Assembly: GCA_902634185.1 (NCBI GenBank)
Contig: CACPJC010000005.1
Coordinates: forward strand, 1-64,000
DNA length: 64,000 bases
Direction of reading: 5' to 3'
Source: an uncultured Candidatus Actinomarina sp.
GTDB taxonomy: Bacteria > Actinomycetota > Acidimicrobiia > Actinomarinales > Actinomarinaceae
Part shown: positions 18,253-28,218 of the stretch, one piece after another
Layout: the number at the start of each line of letters is the position of its first letter
Position numbering within the stretch: position 1 is the stretch's first letter
The notes under the pieces: model-generated
What the model was told of the DNA's origin: nothing
The model's database searches: none
Seen by the model: the letters and a program-made list of their open reading frames with translations, nothing else
Translations under genes and position numbers: made by a program

Positions 18253-20205
18253 ATGGAATTTAAGAAAAAAACTTTAGAAACTCAAATTATTGAAATATTT
18301 CAAAAAATTAGTCCAGCAATTACACGACTAATACAATCCGAAACTGATAATACAAATATTGTTATTAATCTTGGTAAAACCAAAAGCAAAAACAAAAACG
18401 AGATCAACATAAATCCCTCTATTTTGGTTAATGCAGTTTCAGATTCAGAACTTGAATTTAAGGAATTAATAATTGGAACTGTAGTCCATGAGGCTATCCA
18501 TTCTATGGAAGAATATAATTTCAATGTTGATGAAGATCTCACAAAATATAAAGATGACACTCAAGGGTTAACTAACATTGATGAAGTTCTGGAAGTTCTC
18601 GCGGGTCCATTTGGAAAATACATTTTTGAAATACTTGTGCATTCCTATGATGAGTTTCAATTTGTAAAAAATTTTAATGGGCTTAGATCAATCCTCGAGG
18701 ATATTTATAAAGAATCTAGTATCAACATAAAAAATTTAAAGCCTTTCAATAAATTTTTAACATTGCTTTTTCATAACATCACAGGATATGTTGAATTAGA
18801 TATAGAAAAGTATCCAAAAAATATTAAAGAACCCTTAAAAGAGACTCTAAGAGTATTAGATAATTTTTCATATGATAAAAACTTGATAGAAGACACTATT
18901 GATATAACGATAGAAATTACAGATATTTGTAGAAGATACAATCTATTACCAGATGTTGATAAACAAACATTGGGAGAACGTAGAGAATCAATAGAAAATT
19001 TTGAAGACTCCGTAGTTGATGATTTAAACAAAGTCTTAATTCCTTCTAGTACAAACATTACTTCAGGTAATACCTTAGAAAAATTCTTAGGTAAAAAGGG
19101 TGCAGATTCAGAAGATGAAAAGCTTAACTTTATGGATGATCATGTTTCAAAAGTTGGAACATCCTCAACCGTTTATCTTCCAAATGGTAAAGTATCAAAA
19201 TTACTGAGTACTAATTTACCAAAATCATTTAAAAATTTATATACAAATGGATTAAATACTTATAACTCCCTGTTGGAAGAATGGGATCTGCCCGTATTCA
19301 AAGTTACAAACAAAATAAAACCTTACTTTATACATAACAAAAAAAGGCTCAGAATCAGTGGTTATGATCAGGGCGATTTATCACCACATGTTCCTTTAAT
19401 GCTTGCATCAGGTAGGTATGAAAGAATGTTTGAACAAAAACAGCGGCTTTCAAACAAATCTTATGCAGTATCTTTACTAATTGATGGAAGTGGATCAATG
19501 CTTGAAAAAGATAAAGGTGATTTCTACCCCTGGTCTCTCTCAGCGGCATTAATAGGAGCGAGTTATCTTGCTCAAATCTGCCATGAATTAGATATTGATT
19601 TTGAAGTAGCAATTTTTAATAGGAGCTTCGCGGCAGATGAATTAGAAAATGAAGAATTATATTTAAAAAGAAAGATGGCTGTTTCCTCGATGCTAAATAC
19701 AAATTATGGATCGAATGCTGAATATTATTTCAATACAACAAATCATTATTTTATTAAAAAGTTTGATGATTCATGGAAAGAAAATTATGAAAAGTTTATA
19801 GGTTTAATTGAATTTTCAAGAAACTTAAGGGAGTCATTAGACAAATTAGAATCTAATTTGGATCATCCTCCTGCAAGCATGTTTGAAAGAGGAACCAATG
19901 TTGACGAAAGAAATATAATGTTTTCTACAAAAAGACTTCTAGAAAAAGGTTCTAAAACAAAACTTTTAGCCGTACTGTCAGACGGTATGACAAGAGGATC
20001 ACTTGAGGATTTAAAAAGTTCTATCAATTATGCTTCCAAAGTTGGGATTGATGTAATTGGGATAGGTATTGGAGAAAGAGGCACTTGGAAAGAATATATC
20101 AATAAGACCCAGATAAATGAACCTGAAGAGTTAATTCATTCAATAGTAAACATCACAAAGGATATACTTATAAAGAATATTGAAGAATCTACAGGAGTTG
20201 CTTGA
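18253..20205 (+). CDS. vWA (MIDAS) domain protein, CobT/NorD/CbbO-like, with an N-terminal HExxH motif
   Basis: LLIDGSGSM (DxSxS), RGTN, VLSDG, IGIGIG; HEAIH at about aa 79-83; TGATG coupling to the AAA gene. Confidence 0.88.
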   Translation: MEFKKKTLETQIIEIFQKISPAITRLIQSETDNTNIVINLGKTKSKNKNEININPSILVNAVSDSELEFKELIIGTVVHEAIHSMEEYNFNVDEDLTKYKDDTQGLTNIDEVLEVLAGPFGKYIFEILVHSYDEFQFVKNFNGLRSILEDIYKESSINIKNLKPFNKFLTLLFHNITGYVELDIEKYPKNIKEPLKETLRVLDNFSYDKNLIEDTIDITIEITDICRRYNLLPDVDKQTLGERRESIENFEDSVVDDLNKVLIPSSTNITSGNTLEKFLGKKGADSEDEKLNFMDDHVSKVGTSSTVYLPNGKVSKLLSTNLPKSFKNLYTNGLNTYNSLLEEWDLPVFKVTNKIKPYFIHNKKRLRISGYDQGDLSPHVPLMLASGRYERMFEQKQRLSNKSYAVSLLIDGSGSMLEKDKGDFYPWSLSAALIGASYLAQICHELDIDFEVAIFNRSFAADELENEELYLKRKMAVSSMLNTNYGSNAEYYFNTTNHYFIKKFDDSWKENYEKFIGLIEFSRNLRESLDKLESNLDHPPASMFERGTNVDERNIMFSTKRLLEKGSKTKLLAVLSDGMTRGSLEDLKSSINYASKVGIDVIGIGIGERGTWKEYINKTQINEPEELIHSIVNITKDILIKNIEESTGVA

Positions 20206-21191
20206 TGGCTGAACAAATATTTAAAAACCCAAATGGTAAGGGTGATATAAAGCTGAATGAATGTAAGCTATCAAAATCAATTCCTGATTATGAATCTAGA
20301 GCCGAACGCATACCTGAGTTAGATAAAAATTATGTAGACTTTGGAATTCAATATAAATTAGCCCAAATTATTAAGAGCAAAGAAGATACGTTTAAAAATG
20401 AAATCCCGATTCATATTGCACTAAAAGGCCATATGGGAACAGGTAAGGATCACGATATAGAGCAATTAGCTGCAAAATTAAATTATCCATACTATCGGAT
20501 TCCTTTATCAGGTGAAGTTAGAGACGTGACTTTACTTGGTTCAGTTCAATTATATGGAGATGGAGTTGGTGGAACAGATTCTAAATGGCAGGATGGCGAA
20601 TTAACCAGAGCACTAAGAGGACCATCCATTATTAATCTATCAGAATTAAATGCTGCCGGACCAGAAGTTTTATTTGCTTTACATTCACTATTAGATAGAC
20701 ACAAAAAACTAGAGCTTCCTAATGGTGAAGTTATTGAATTAAGAAATGACTCATATATTTTTGGAACAATGAATCCAACGAGCTTAAGAGATTATGCGGG
20801 AACACAAACTCTAAACAAAGCATTTGCTGATCGATGGGTTATTTGGGATAAACCTTTTCCCAACAAAGAACAGCTTGAATCAATATTTAAAAAACGATAT
20901 CCAAAATTACAAAATGAATTTACAGATCTAATAATCAAATTGGCTATTGAAATTAATAACTCATTTTTATCTGATGACATAAGCATTAATATTGAAACGC
21001 CAATGAGTCTTAGAACAGTTGTAGAAAGAATTCCCGTTGGATTAGATTTGTACAAAAATGCTTCAGATCCTTTGCATGAAACATGGAAAAATATGGTTCT
21101 TCCTCATGTAAATCCTGAAGACCTTGATCATTATTCAACATTATGGAATACCGTGGTAAGAAACGGTCCAAATATAAAACCTAGTTTGTAA
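20205..21191 (+). CDS. MoxR/CbbQ/NorQ/CobS-like AAA+ ATPase with atypical Walker motifs
   Basis: GHMGTGKD, LLG, WQDGELTRA, INLSELN, GTMNP, Y.GT..LN.AFADRW, SLR. Confidence 0.9.
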   Translation: MAEQIFKNPNGKGDIKLNECKLSKSIPDYESRAERIPELDKNYVDFGIQYKLAQIIKSKEDTFKNEIPIHIALKGHMGTGKDHDIEQLAAKLNYPYYRIPLSGEVRDVTLLGSVQLYGDGVGGTDSKWQDGELTRALRGPSIINLSELNAAGPEVLFALHSLLDRHKKLELPNGEVIELRNDSYIFGTMNPTSLRDYAGTQTLNKAFADRWVIWDKPFPNKEQLESIFKKRYPKLQNEFTDLIIKLAIEINNSFLSDDISINIETPMSLRTVVERIPVGLDLYKNASDPLHETWKNMVLPHVNPEDLDHYSTLWNTVVRNGPNIKPSL

Positions 21192-21630
21192 CAAGTTTTA
21201 CTAAAGGAATATCTCTCTCTGTTTTTGACCTGTAAAGATTAAAAGTAGGATAGAAATCAGTTAATAGTTTCCAATAATCTTCCTTTTCAAGTTCATCAAC
21301 AATTAAAGGTTTTGCATCTTTGTATTCCTTATTTACGAGTATTTTTACTTTGTCTGTATTTATGTTGAAAAACCAATCAGGAGTTTTGTCTCTCCCTCCA
21401 TATGAGGCTGCAACAAGATATCCTTCATCAATTACAACATAAGTCAAAGGTGTTTTTCTTAATTTATTTGATTTACGTCCAACTGTTTCTAAGAGTAAAA
21501 TATTCTCCCCTATTAGCTTTCTGCCAATAAATGTATGATTGAATTTCATAATATTTGAATGGGCAGTTGTTATTACCTTGACGAGCCAAGTTGGCCAATA
21601 TGAGAATGTTTTACCTAGTAATTTCCAGAT
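21181..21630 (-). CDS. Deazaflavin (F420)-dependent nitroreductase/quinone reductase, Ddn family; start uncertain (ATC 21630 or ATG 21549)
   Basis: LLLETVGRKS..RKTPL, AASYGG..PDWFFN, Y...TERDIP; frame open upstream of the ATG to 21633. Confidence 0.88.
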   Translation of the reverse strand: MWKLLGKTFSYWPTWLVKVITTAHSNIMKFNHTFIGRKLIGENILLLETVGRKSNKLRKTPLTYVVIDEGYLVAASYGGRDKTPDWFFNINTDKVKILVNKEYKDAKPLIVDELEKEDYWKLLTDFYPTFNLYRSKTERDIPLVKLVTN

Positions 21631-21633
21631 ATT

Positions 21634-21843
21634 TTACTCCGGAGAGTCTTGATTTTTATTTTTAAAACCGTCGATTTTATTTTGAAAATCTTTAATTTTC
21701 TGATCGATATCAGACATTTCTAAATTTGTAACTTCTTCTTTTAATTTATCAATCTGTTCTTTAACAAACTTGTTTTCATTAAAAACGTCATAAAATACTT
21801 TTATTAAAATTGTTGATATTACTAATTTTATGATTTTCTTCAT
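21634..21843 (-). CDS. Small hypothetical protein (N-terminal hydrophobic helix plus coiled coil)
   Basis: 69-aa ORF; TATTAT -10 6 nt upstream of the ATG. Confidence 0.7.
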   Translation of the reverse strand: MKKIIKLVISTILIKVFYDVFNENKFVKEQIDKLKEEVTNLEMSDIDQKIKDFQNKIDGFKNKNQDSPE

Positions 21844-21934
21844 ATATAGATAATACGTAGATTTAAATCATAAATAAAGTATTTTATTTGATGTTCCTAT
21901 TGGAGTAAGAGAGTTTCACAATTAAAATTAAATT

Positions 21935-22672
21935 GTGAAAGATTTATTAAGCAGTCTAGTAGCTGAACAGCAACTTCTAGATCAATACTTGCAAAGTATT
22001 CCTGTTAGAAATTGGGACACCAAAACAACTTTTAAGAATTGGAACATCACAAATCATGTAAGTTATTTAGCAGGATTAGAAGATCTAGCGCTAAATGCAA
22101 TGAAAAAGAAAGGCACTGATTTTAATAAATACAGAGGACCAAAAGGGTTAGAAAAATTTGAAAAAGAATGTATAAAAAAAGGTAATGAAATGAGACCACA
22201 AGATGTTATTGAGTGGTGGAGACTCTCAAGAGCAAAGGTTGTAGAAATTTTAGCTAAAGGATCTCCTGGAAAAAAAATAAAATGGTGGAATAACGAAATT
22301 GATTATCTCACATTTTCATCCACAAAATTAGCTGAAACTTGGGCTCATGGCTTAGATATCTACGACAGTATGAAAAAAGATTATGAAGATTCAGTAAGAA
22401 TTGAACATGTTGCATTATTTGGATGGCTAAATGCCGAACATACAAGTAAACAGAACAAGGTCAAATTTAAAGATTTGAGAATTGAATTGATTGGTCCTGA
22501 ATACAGAGCATGGCAATTTGGTAATGAGAAGTCTGAAAATAGTATTAAAGGAAATGCAAGTGACTGGTGTAGGATTGTCACTGGCAGAACAAATAAGGGA
22601 TTCAAACCAACTCTTTCAGTTGAGGGCGATTTCGCAAAAAAATATCTAAAACTACAGCACGCAAAAATTTAA
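21935..22672 (+). CDS. Mycothiol-dependent maleylpyruvate isomerase family protein (DinB/MDMPI fold)
   Basis: L.AEQ..L..L..W...T...W.I..HV, ETWAHGLDI, RIELIGP..W.FG, G.A.DWC. Confidence 0.85.
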   Translation: MKDLLSSLVAEQQLLDQYLQSIPVRNWDTKTTFKNWNITNHVSYLAGLEDLALNAMKKKGTDFNKYRGPKGLEKFEKECIKKGNEMRPQDVIEWWRLSRAKVVEILAKGSPGKKIKWWNNEIDYLTFSSTKLAETWAHGLDIYDSMKKDYEDSVRIEHVALFGWLNAEHTSKQNKVKFKDLRIELIGPEYRAWQFGNEKSENSIKGNASDWCRIVTGRTNKGFKPTLSVEGDFAKKYLKLQHAKI

Positions 22673-22675
22673 TTT

Positions 22676-23440
22676 ATGATCATCTATGGCGTAGTTCATT
22701 TAAAAGCTTTGCCGGGTTCACCGTCAAATTCCTTAGGATTAGATGAGATCACCAAACTTGCCCAAAAAGATGTAGAAAATTTATATAATGCTGGAGTTGA
22801 TGGAATTATTATCGAAAACTTTGGCGATGTGCCTTTTGTAAAAAATGACATTTCAAAAAGAACTCTTGCTAGTTTTACTTCTGTTGTACAAAAATTAGAA
22901 ATAAATTCAAATTTAAAGGTTGGTATAAATGTATTAAGAAATGATGGAATAGCAGCTCTATCAATTGCAGAAGCTACGAACTCAGATTTTGTAAGGATAA
23001 ATGTTTTAAATAATGTAATGATGTTTACCGACCAAGGAATAATTGAAGGTGAAGCACATGAAATCGCTGAATTTAAAAAAAATCTAAATAATGATATTGA
23101 AATATATGCTGATGTGTTTGTTAAACACGCAGTACCACCAGAAGGTGCGAAAATAGAAAATCATGCAGAAGAATTAATTAATAGAGCTGGTGCAGATGTT
23201 GTTATTGTAACTGGTGATGGAACTGGTCATCAAATAAATATGGATGATCTTACAAAGGTTAGAGATATAGTTCCTGTTGGAAAATTAGCAATTGGATCAG
23301 GAGTTGATCATACAAACATTAATCAATATGAAAATATTGCAGATATTTTGATTATTGGAACAAGTTTTAAAAAAGATGGAAATGTTGAAAATCCAGTTGA
23401 TATTGATACGGCAAAAGAAGTTATTGATCAATTAAAATAA
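22676..23440 (+). CDS. BtpA/SgcQ family protein
   Basis: GVVHL.ALPGSP, IENFGDVPF, GINVLRND, DQGIIEG, ADVFVKHA, GSGV. Confidence 0.93.
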   Translation: MIIYGVVHLKALPGSPSNSLGLDEITKLAQKDVENLYNAGVDGIIIENFGDVPFVKNDISKRTLASFTSVVQKLEINSNLKVGINVLRNDGIAALSIAEATNSDFVRINVLNNVMMFTDQGIIEGEAHEIAEFKKNLNNDIEIYADVFVKHAVPPEGAKIENHAEELINRAGADVVIVTGDGTGHQINMDDLTKVRDIVPVGKLAIGSGVDHTNINQYENIADILIIGTSFKKDGNVENPVDIDTAKEVIDQLK

Positions 23441-23492
23441 ATTTTTAATAAAACTCTTAAATATTGATTTGCTTACTATCATTTCTATTTGA

Positions 23493-24431
23493 ATGGAAGC
23501 CATACTTAATCCAGCAATTATTTTATTTATTTCTGGAATCATCATTGGACGAATATTTAACGATACACTACCACCAGCTCTATCAAAATATTTAGGATAT
23601 TACTTGCTTCTTTCATTGGGTCTAAAAGGTGGTATCAGTTTGCAACAAAACGGATTCACTAGCGAAGTTGTTAACGCTATATCCCTTGGAATATTTTTTG
23701 CGTTGCTTATTCCTATACTTTCTTATTTATATTTAAGAAATAATTTAAATATTGATGATGCAGCTGCTCTTTCTGGCACATACGGTTCTGTAAGTGCAAT
23801 TACTTTTGTTACAGCAATATCCTATTTATCGACAAACTCTCAAGCATTTGATGACTATATGTCTGCTGTTCTCGTTGTAATGGAATTCCCTGCAATTTTT
23901 ATGGCACTTTTTCTAATTACAAGAAAACGGAACGTTGACCAAAATAATTTTGAAATAATAAAAACAGCATTTTTAGAAGTACCAAATGTATTGCTAATAT
24001 CTTCACTGATAATTGGCTTTAGTATCCAAGGCACAATTTCAGATAATGTTGAATTCTTCACTGATACTTTGTTTGAATATGTTTTATATTTATTTTTATT
24101 TGTGATGGGAACTCGTGTAGCTAAAAGACTAAAAGAGCTAAAGGGTAAAGGTAAAACTTTAATACTTTTTGCATTAATCACTCCCCTTATAGGATCTCTT
24201 TTAGCATTATTTGCATCAAACTATTTTGCACTTTCAATTGGAAATGCAACATTACTTATGGTTTTGACGGCCAGTGCAAGCTATATTGCTGTTCCAGCAG
24301 TAGTTAAAGATGCAATTCCAGATGCAAATCCAGCAATTTATCTAGGTTTGAGCTTAGGTGTGACTTTTCCTTTTAACATAATCATTGGAATACCCGTCTA
24401 TCATGAGCTTGCAAAATATTTTATAGGTTAG
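23493..24431 (+). CDS. sbtA: Sodium-dependent bicarbonate transporter, SbtA family
   Basis: LLLSLGLKGG, DAAA....YGSVSAITF, MEFPAI, ASASYIAVPA, SLGVTFPFNIIIGIP. Confidence 0.92.
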   Translation: MEAILNPAIILFISGIIIGRIFNDTLPPALSKYLGYYLLLSLGLKGGISLQQNGFTSEVVNAISLGIFFALLIPILSYLYLRNNLNIDDAAALSGTYGSVSAITFVTAISYLSTNSQAFDDYMSAVLVVMEFPAIFMALFLITRKRNVDQNNFEIIKTAFLEVPNVLLISSLIIGFSIQGTISDNVEFFTDTLFEYVLYLFLFVMGTRVAKRLKELKGKGKTLILFALITPLIGSLLALFASNYFALSIGNATLLMVLTASASYIAVPAVVKDAIPDANPAIYLGLSLGVTFPFNIIIGIPVYHELAKYFIG

Positions 24432-24445
24432 TTAAGCTGTAATAA

Positions 24446-24889
24446 ATGTACACCCGTAAATATAAAGTAAATAGACAAAAAGTTCACTATGTAAAATTTG
24501 ATAAGGATACCTATTTACTCGAATCATTAACTGAATATGCAATCAATAATAAAATAAAGACTGCTGAAATTTCATTTATAGGTGCTGTTCAAAATTTAAA
24601 TGTTGTTTACTTTAACCAAGAAACTAAGGAATACGAAGACCACTTTTTTGATGGTGGTTTTGAGGTACTGAGTGGTCTTGGAAACATCACATTATTTGAA
24701 AATAAACCATTGGTTCATATCCATATATCTGTATCTGATAAAGATGGTAAGGCATTTGGAGGACACTTAGTTAATGGTACAAAAATTTGGCTGATAGAAG
24801 CCATCATAAAGCAACCTACATTTATAGGAAAAAATTACATAAATAGATACTTTGATGAAGAATTATGTTTGAATGTTTGGAATGATTAG
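24446..24889 (+). CDS. PPC/DUF296 domain protein
   Basis: FIGAV, EVLSGLGNI, VHIHISVSD..G.AFGGHL. Confidence 0.9.
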   Translation: MYTRKYKVNRQKVHYVKFDKDTYLLESLTEYAINNKIKTAEISFIGAVQNLNVVYFNQETKEYEDHFFDGGFEVLSGLGNITLFENKPLVHIHISVSDKDGKAFGGHLVNGTKIWLIEAIIKQPTFIGKNYINRYFDEELCLNVWND

Positions 24890-25638
24890 GATAAAGAATT
24901 TCCGTTAATACTAAACCCACCATCAACAGTTAGTATTTCGCCAGTTATCCAGCCAGCTTCTTCTGAGCATAGGAAATATACGGCTTCTGCAATATCTTCT
25001 GGTTCTCCAAGTTTTTGAAGCAAATGAAGATTTTTTGAATATTCTTCATTTTCCCATAAAAGTTGTGAGAGCCTTGTTCTAACAATCGCCGGAGCAACTC
25101 CATTTACTCTGATATCAGGTGCTAATTCATAAGCAAGCTGCTTTGTCATATAAATTAAAGCAGCTTTAGAAATATTATATGCCCCCATTAGATCAGACGG
25201 AAAATATCCCGCTACAGAACAGATGTTCATAATAGCTGTGCTTAATTCATTTTTGTATGCTGCTCTTGCCCAAAGTAAAGGACCTTTTTGATTTACTGCC
25301 CATGTTTTTTCAAGAGCTCCCATATCAACATCCATTAAGTTTCCACCAGCAGGATTTGTTCCTGCATTGTTGATCAAAATATCAAGAGATCCAAATTTTT
25401 CATTTATTTCTTTACAAGTACGATCAGCGGCTTCTTCATCATCAGCTTTTGCCATAATTGTATGAAAATTATCGTTATTTACAGAATTTTGAAGTTCTTC
25501 TAAGGTGTCAGGTTTTCTTCCTGTAACAACTACATTGGACTCTCCATCACTTAAATATTTTTCAGCGATTGCAAGACCAATACCCCTGGTTCCTCCTGTG
25601 ATAAGTACAGTTTTCATAAAATTAATTATAACACTCAT
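24886..25638 (-). CDS. SDR family oxidoreductase
   Basis: TGGTRGIG, NNAG, YNISKAA, IRVNGVAP, ITGEILTVDGG. Confidence 0.95.
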   Translation of the reverse strand: MSVIINFMKTVLITGGTRGIGLAIAEKYLSDGESNVVVTGRKPDTLEELQNSVNNDNFHTIMAKADDEEAADRTCKEINEKFGSLDILINNAGTNPAGGNLMDVDMGALEKTWAVNQKGPLLWARAAYKNELSTAIMNICSVAGYFPSDLMGAYNISKAALIYMTKQLAYELAPDIRVNGVAPAIVRTRLSQLLWENEEYSKNLHLLQKLGEPEDIAEAVYFLCSEEAGWITGEILTVDGGFSINGNSLS

Positions 25639-25668
25639 AAATCAGTGAGCAGTTACAGTAAATGAGTC

Positions 25669-26898
25669 ATGGATAACTTTGAGAAATACACTTTTTTATT
25701 AACTAAAAATAAAGATTTTCAAAAACTTTTTTATGCCAAGTTTATAACTTATATGGGTGACTGGTTTTTAACAGTTCCACTTTTAAGCATTATTTATGAA
25801 TTAACCAATAGTCCGTTGATAACTTCAATTGTTCTTGTAGTACAAAGTGCTCCTTATGTCATACTCGGTAGTTTTGGAGGATATCTAGCTGATAAATTCA
25901 ACAGAAAAGTTGTAATTGCTGTTTCGGAATTTCTATCCGGATGTGCTGTCTTATTGATTATGTATTCTGTATCTACGGAAAATGTATTATTTATCCTTAT
26001 TTCTTTTTCCTTTTTAGGCGTTGTAAATTGTGCTTATATGCCTGCTTCAGACGCTGCCTTGCCAAATGTAGTATTAAGAGAAAATTTACCTGAAGCAAAT
26101 GTACTTAATTTCTCAACTTGGGGAATTGCTGCTGGACTTGGAGCTGGACTTGGAGGATTTTTATCTGAATTTTTATCAAGAAATCAATTGTTCACCATAA
26201 ACTTTCTGTCTTTTATGTTCTCAGCATTCCTTGTATTTCTAATTAAAACAAACTTAAATGAAAATTTAGGAAATGTTGACAATAGCAATAGAGTTAAATT
26301 TAGAGATGGACTGAATTTTGTTTTATCTGATAAAAAAATATTCTATTTAACTGTAACAAAGGGAATGTTTGGTATCTCAGCTGCTGGCTTGCTTTCATTG
26401 TTTACAATACTTTCATTAGACATATACAACACTGGGGATTTTGGAGCAGGTTTAATGTGGAGTGCTCGCGGCGTTGGTGCATTTATAGGACCAGTAATGT
26501 TTAGGTACTTTTTTGGAAAAACAGATCAAAAACTTCTTTCAACTATTGGTCCCTGCATAATGATCTGGGGTATTTTCTACTTTCTAATAACCTTCTCACC
26601 TAGTTTATATATAACAACTCTTCTTCTTGTCCTAGGTCACTGTGGTGGTGGTGCACAATGGGCTTTTTCATCTTACGGTATACAAATTTTGACCCCTGAT
26701 AATATTCGAGGACGAATTGCAGGTTTGGATTACTCTTTTTATTTTTTAATGTTTACAAACTCAAATCTTATTATTGGATACTTGGCTACTCAGTATGACG
26801 TCTTAACATTATTTAAAATATTTCCAACTTTAGGATTTTGCATTGGACTTTTTTGGTTTATTAGAACAAGATCTTTCTGGAAAACAATCGAAAGTTAA
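25669..26898 (+). CDS. MFS transporter
   Basis: About 12 TM segments; [10 protein letters not shown]; PDNIRGR. Confidence 0.9.
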   Translation: MDNFEKYTFLLTKNKDFQKLFYAKFITYMGDWFLTVPLLSIIYELTNSPLITSIVLVVQSAPYVILGSFGGYLADKFNRKVVIAVSEFLSGCAVLLIMYSVSTENVLFILISFSFLGVVNCAYMPASDAALPNVVLRENLPEANVLNFSTWGIAAGLGAGLGGFLSEFLSRNQLFTINFLSFMFSAFLVFLIKTNLNENLGNVDNSNRVKFRDGLNFVLSDKKIFYLTVTKGMFGISAAGLLSLFTILSLDIYNTGDFGAGLMWSARGVGAFIGPVMFRYFFGKTDQKLLSTIGPCIMIWGIFYFLITFSPSLYITTLLLVLGHCGGGAQWAFSSYGIQILTPDNIRGRIAGLDYSFYFLMFTNSNLIIGYLATQYDVLTLFKIFPTLGFCIGLFWFIRTRSFWKTIES

Positions 26899-28160
26899 TC
26901 AACTTTAGGAATGTCTATCAATTTGGTTGTGTAAGCAGCTGATTTTCTATCAGCTCGCATTTTCCAGTTTTTTTGAATTCCCTGTGCTCCCATAAATAGA
27001 GTTCCATTTCCAAATCTATCATTTAACTGGTCTAGTGAATCCATGAGAATATCGGATCTCTCATAATTCTCATGCTCATAGAAGCTAAACTGTTCATATT
27101 TGGCATCAGATATATCCAAGAGTATTACGCCTATTTTCTGATACTCATAATTTGGCAAAAAAAGTTTATTTGTTAATCTTTTCGCTTCTTTGATTATTTT
27201 TGAAGTATTACTAGTTGGAATTGTAAAGAAAGAGCTCATTCCATTGCTATATTTTCTTTCATCTTCTATAAATGGACTTGTTCTTAAAAACACGTGAATA
27301 CCTCCAGTTCTTGAATTCTGAGCTCGTAACTTTTCACAAGCTCTTGCAACGTATGTTGAAACAGCTTCTTCAAGTTCATATATTTTTGTTACTTTTTTCC
27401 CAAACGACTTTGAAGAAATTATGTTTTTCTTATTTTTAACTTCTTCAATTTGCATACATGATATGCCATTTAGCTCATGATAGATTCTCTCTCCTACAAT
27501 GCTCAGAGTCTTTCGTATCTGTCTTGGATCTCCTGTTGAGAGTTCATATGCTGAATTGATACCAATTTTTCTTAGTCTTCTACCCCATCTTGTTGAGATA
27601 CCCCATATATCTTCTAGTTCGAGGTCTTTTAGAACTCTTACTCTCTCTGACTCTTCACGTATATCAAAGACATTTGATTCCTCATATTTTTTTGCTTGTC
27701 TGTTTGCAGCTTTTGCCAGGGTTTTTGAGGGTCCAATACCAATCGAGATTGGTATCCCTGTCCACTGCTTTATTAGTCTCCGTATTTCATTCGCTGTCTC
27801 CGTTAAGTCGCAATAATAAAACTTGCTAATATCTAAAAAAGCTTCATCAATTGAATAGATTTCGATGTCTCCAACTATTGATCGTAAAGATGTCATTACT
27901 CTTGCTGACATGTCTCCATAAAATGTATAGTTCGATGAAAATACATGGACATTGTTTCTCTTTATCAATTGTTCATATTTAAATAATGGAGCACCCATTG
28001 GAATGCCTAACGCTTTTGCCTCATTTGACCTTGCAACAATACATCCATCGTTGTTTGAGAGAACAACGATAGGTTTTCCTTCCAGTTTTGGATTAAACAC
28101 CCTCTCACAAGATGCGTAAAAGTTATTACAATCGATTAAAGCAAAAATTTTATTTTTCAT
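26895..28160 (-). CDS. umuC: Y-family DNA polymerase V subunit UmuC
   Basis: [41 protein letters not shown]; UmuC-type tail WKMR...S..YTT. Confidence 0.95.
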   Translation of the reverse strand: MKNKIFALIDCNNFYASCERVFNPKLEGKPIVVLSNNDGCIVARSNEAKALGIPMGAPLFKYEQLIKRNNVHVFSSNYTFYGDMSARVMTSLRSIVGDIEIYSIDEAFLDISKFYYCDLTETANEIRRLIKQWTGIPISIGIGPSKTLAKAANRQAKKYEESNVFDIREESERVRVLKDLELEDIWGISTRWGRRLRKIGINSAYELSTGDPRQIRKTLSIVGERIYHELNGISCMQIEEVKNKKNIISSKSFGKKVTKIYELEEAVSTYVARACEKLRAQNSRTGGIHVFLRTSPFIEDERKYSNGMSSFFTIPTSNTSKIIKEAKRLTNKLFLPNYEYQKIGVILLDISDAKYEQFSFYEHENYERSDILMDSLDQLNDRFGNGTLFMGAQGIQKNWKMRADRKSAAYTTKLIDIPKVD

Positions 28161-28172
28161 TCTTTATTTATT

Positions 28173-28200
28173 TCTTAGAATACTGTACACTATTCTAAGA
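28173..28200. promoter_or_regulatory. 28-bp palindromic operator in the umuC/umuD divergent promoter
   Basis: TCTTAGAATA-CTGTACAC-TATTCTAAGA: perfect 10-bp arms with an inner TGTACA; spans candidate -10 boxes on both strands (TACACT +, TACAGT -). Confidence 0.8.
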
Positions 28201-28218
28201 TAAAAGAAAGACATTTTT

